DNA of 64,000 nucleotides. Origin: Smithella sp. PtaU1.Bin162. GTDB taxonomy: Bacteria > Desulfobacterota > Syntrophia > Syntrophales > Smithellaceae. Below are positions 61,575-64,000 of the stretch, piece by piece. Positions within the stretch are counted from its first letter, which is position 1, and every line of letters starts with the position of its first letter. Location of the stretch: positions 114,426 through 178,425 of the forward strand of contig MVRV01000029.1 of assembly GCA_002068015.1 (NCBI GenBank), given 5' to 3'. Both the position numbers and the translations under genes were made by a program. Below the pieces are notes generated by a model. The model had not been told where the DNA came from. It saw only the letters and a list, made by a program, of their open reading frames with translations, and did no database searches.

Positions 61575-61972
61575 CAGTGTTTTTCCTCGCTGATAAGTAA
61601 TTCGTATGCAGCGGCGTCAAGCAGAGCGCCGAATTCGGCAGGTTTTTCCAGACGCATCCGTACAATCCAGCCGTCGCCGAAAGCATCCTGATTGACGAGA
61701 GCCGGGTCATCTTCCAGTTGAGAATTGACGGCGATTACTTCACCGCTGACCGGGGAGTAAACATCGGATACGGACTTAACCGATTCCACAACGGCCACAG
61801 GCGCGCCCTGCGCTACTTTTTTCCCCACCGGCGGCAGTTCGACAAAAACGATGTCGGTAAGCATCTCCTGCGCGTAGTCGGTAATGCCGATTGTAGCCGT
61901 GCCGTCATTCTCATCCCTGGCCCATTCATGGTCACGGGAATATTTTCTGTCTTGCGGATTGGGTTTGGACAT
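61574..61972 (-). CDS. gcvH: glycine cleavage system H protein
   Basis: 132 aa with the lipoyl-lysine motif VESVKSVSDVYSPVSG. Confidence 0.95.
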   Translation of the reverse strand: MSKPNPQDRKYSRDHEWARDENDGTATIGITDYAQEMLTDIVFVELPPVGKKVAQGAPVAVVESVKSVSDVYSPVSGEVIAVNSQLEDDPALVNQDAFGDGWIVRMRLEKPAEFGALLDAAAYELLISEEKH

Positions 61973-62016
61973 TTTTTTTCTCCTGGATTTTAATATATAA
62001 CAAGGGCCGTTAATCT

Positions 62017-63123
62017 TCAGCCCTCGGTCTTCAGCCTGTTTCTTTTATAAAACGGAAGTTTTACTATTTTTGCCGGAGCCCGGGAATCGCGGATGGCAAT
62101 CGTAATTTCAGTATCCGGAGCACTGCAGTCGATATCGACAAAAGCAAGCCCAATGGCCTTATTTAAGGTTGGTGCAAATGTTCCTGAAGTGACAATACCG
62201 ATTTCTCTATCGCCTAAAAATACTTTATACCCGTGCCGGGCAATACCCCGGCCGGTCACTTCCAGACCGACCATTTTTTTCTTCAGACCGGAGAGCTTCA
62301 GCGCTTTCAAAGTTTCTGCACCGATAAATTCTTTATCCAAGTCGATCAGCCAGCCGTAGGGGACTTCGAGCGGAGTTACGTCTTCCATCATGTCCTGACC
62401 GTTGAGCAGCATGCCCGCTTCGAGTCGCAGTGTATCACGGGCGCCCAGTCCCGCCGGTTTCAACCCGAAAATTATTCCTTCCGTCAGAATTCTGTCCCAG
62501 ATATCACCGATTATTGCAGCCGGAGCATAAATTTCAAATCCATCCTCGCCGGTGTAACCGCTGCGCGAGATGATTGCCGGTTTGCCCAGCAAAGTCAGTT
62601 CTGTAAAATGGTAATACTGTAAATTGTTTAAATCGCAATTGGTCAGCGTCCGGAGAATTTTGCAAGCGGAAGGACCCTGTAAATCAAGTTTGCCGGTTTT
62701 GTCACTGATATTCTCCAGCGTGCAGTCAAATTCCCTGGCTTTGCGCAGAGCGTTGATCCATTGCCAGTCACGGTCGCAGGTTGTTGCGTTGGTAACGAGC
62801 ATATAATAATCCGGCGCCAGCTTATAGACGGTTAAATCGTCGATGATACCGCCGTTTTCCGTGAGCAGGGCGGAGAGCTTGATCTGTCCTGTTTCCTGTG
62901 TCTGTAAATTTCTGGTGAGAGCGAGTTGCAGCAAATCGAGCGCCTGCGACCCTCTTACTGTAATTTCTCCCATGTGACAAATATCGAAAAGAGTGGCGGC
63001 GGTGCGGGTTGTTTTGTGCTCATCAATGACATTGGTATATTGAACGGGCATGGCCCAGCCGCCAAAATCAATTATTTTGGCGTTTAGGGCGACATGTTTT
63101 TCATATAACGGCGTTTTTTTCAT
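62017..63123 (-). CDS. gcvT: glycine cleavage system aminomethyltransferase T
   Basis: 368 aa with typical GcvT sequence (KKTPLYEKH...GWAMPVQY, SRSGYTGEDGFEI). Confidence 0.95.
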   Translation of the reverse strand: MKKTPLYEKHVALNAKIIDFGGWAMPVQYTNVIDEHKTTRTAATLFDICHMGEITVRGSQALDLLQLALTRNLQTQETGQIKLSALLTENGGIIDDLTVYKLAPDYYMLVTNATTCDRDWQWINALRKAREFDCTLENISDKTGKLDLQGPSACKILRTLTNCDLNNLQYYHFTELTLLGKPAIISRSGYTGEDGFEIYAPAAIIGDIWDRILTEGIIFGLKPAGLGARDTLRLEAGMLLNGQDMMEDVTPLEVPYGWLIDLDKEFIGAETLKALKLSGLKKKMVGLEVTGRGIARHGYKVFLGDREIGIVTSGTFAPTLNKAIGLAFVDIDCSAPDTEITIAIRDSRAPAKIVKLPFYKRNRLKTEG

Positions 63124-63125
63124 TT

Positions 63126-63458
63126 TTATTTAACCAGGTATTTAAAAACGAGCGATAATCCAATTAAAATAATACACACCGCCACAAAAAAATAACTTTT
63201 TTTAAATATTTTATTGCCCAGCACTATGTTAGTGCAATGCGGACAGACGGTAAACCGGGCGGTAATTTCCCCTCCGCAGGCAGGGCAGAGCAAATCCTTT
63301 TTTTCTGCTGTGCCCGTATGTCTTGTGATATTTTGTTTTAATGCAGAATGAATATCATAAGTCCATTCACAATCTTTGTTCGGGCATTTGCCCCGGGCCG
63401 GCATGTCGTCAGTCCAGAGAAAAAATTGCTTGCACTCTGGACAGTGGATTTTCAGCAT
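63126..63458 (-). CDS. double zinc-ribbon protein with C-terminal transmembrane anchor
   Basis: 110 aa with CPEC...CPNKDC and CPAC...CPHC pairs, and a hydrophobic tail YFFVAVCIILIGLSLVF. Its stop lies 2 nt before the gcvT start. Confidence 0.6.
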   Translation of the reverse strand: MLKIHCPECKQFFLWTDDMPARGKCPNKDCEWTYDIHSALKQNITRHTGTAEKKDLLCPACGGEITARFTVCPHCTNIVLGNKIFKKSYFFVAVCIILIGLSLVFKYLVK

Positions 63459-63649
63459 GCAACTTCTCCGGGGAAAATTAATCGTGAAATACCAATTGCG
63501 CTTCTGGTATAGTGGGAGAAAAGCTACTACAACTTCAGGCAGATTTCAAGATTTAATCAAAAGAATATTCTTTAGGTAGTTTCTGTTGTATCTGCTGGGA
63601 AAAATAAGAAATTTTACGGCTCTCGGAAAAGAGGGGAAAGTTTTTCTAA

Positions 63650-64000
63650 TCAGTGTTCCTGAAAGATTTTCCGGAAAAGCAACTCTTTGTTCTTGGGGTA
63701 ATAAAGGTTACCTTCGTAGTCGACAATCAGCTTGCCGTCAAGATGGTCAATTTCGTGCTGAACAACTCGAGCTACATAATCCAGGTATCTTTTGCTTATT
63801 TTTTCTCCCTGAGCGTTGAGCGCGCGTATTTTAATTTCCGGGAAACGGCTGACTTCCACCTGAATTTCCGGACAGGATAAACAGCCTTCCGTCATGGTCA
63901 CTTTTTCTCCGCGGGTTTGGGTAATCCGCGGGTTGACCAGAACATCAAAATCTTCAGGCCTTAATTTACCTTTTTCCCGGCAATCTTTATTACGAAAGAT
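63650..64000 (-). CDS. def: peptide deformylase (C-terminal ~116 codons; 5' end outside window)
   Basis: EGCLS and HEIDH motifs. My manual translation shows the frame stays open upstream of the ORF-track start, reading ...IFRNKDCREKGKLRPEDFDVLVNPRITQTRGEKV, through to the window edge. Confidence 0.85.
   Translation of the reverse strand: MFRNKDCREKGKLRPEDFDVLVNPRITQTRGEKVTMTEGCLSCPEIQVEVSRFPEIKIRALNAQGEKISKRYLDYVARVVQHEIDHLDGKLIVDYEGNLYYPKNKELLFRKIFQEH

Noticed and set aside
63459-63649. Expected glycine riboswitch upstream of the gcv operon.
   Set aside because: I reverse-complemented the leader by hand and found none of the conserved glycine-aptamer core sequences. A covariance-model scan would be the decisive test.

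Overview
This is a bacterial chromosomal window at about 90% coding density. It has no rRNA, tRNA, CRISPR array or transposase that I could recognise by eye. Gene content suggests a Desulfobacterota-type anaerobe: many PAS kinases, sigma-54 regulators, AbfD, and glycine cleavage genes with lipA. That taxonomic call is inference only.

Layout:
- 1-10.7 kb, minus strand: the replication-origin neighbourhood, collinear as rsmG-parA-parB-dnaA-dnaN-gyrB-gyrA, followed by archease and the first codons of rtcB. An extremely AT-rich dnaA-dnaN spacer is the best oriC candidate.
- 10.8-26.6 kb, plus strand: trmJ-like, then Fe-ADH and a DegT aminotransferase. After these comes a catabolic island with a PAS sigma-54 activator, a Ptb-like phosphotransacylase, an ACT protein, two BKACE (beta-keto acid cleavage) enzymes, a CoA ligase, a DctPQM TRAP transporter, an extended SDR and an LcdH-like dehydrogenase.
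- 26.7-51.3 kb: a dense signalling region. It holds four PAS/His-kinase proteins (one of about 1400 aa with 8 PAS domains), three receiver proteins, an NtrC-type activator, and two sensory proteins with no recognisable output domain that share a C-terminal pseudo-H-box helix. Housekeeping genes are interspersed (M48 protease, OYE flavoprotein, MaoC pair), and an orphan abfD is present.
- 51.4-52.3 kb: two small secreted proteins behind a strong sigma-54 promoter and a palindromic upstream site.
- 52.4-64 kb: a flavoprotein and a nitroreductase, then a long minus-strand glycine-cleavage operon (Zn-ribbon protein, gcvT, gcvH, gcvPA, gcvPB, lipA, MBL hydrolase, PilZ protein, lpd, cupin), and a partial def at the edge.

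Most interesting observations:
- the BKACE island and its sigma-54 promoter with tandem palindromes;
- the shared His-less C-terminal helix on two output-less sensors;
- a 69-bp dispersed repeat with a compensatory hairpin substitution;
- the sigma-54-driven secreted-protein pair.

All calls come from reading the sequence and the ORF translations. No searches were run.
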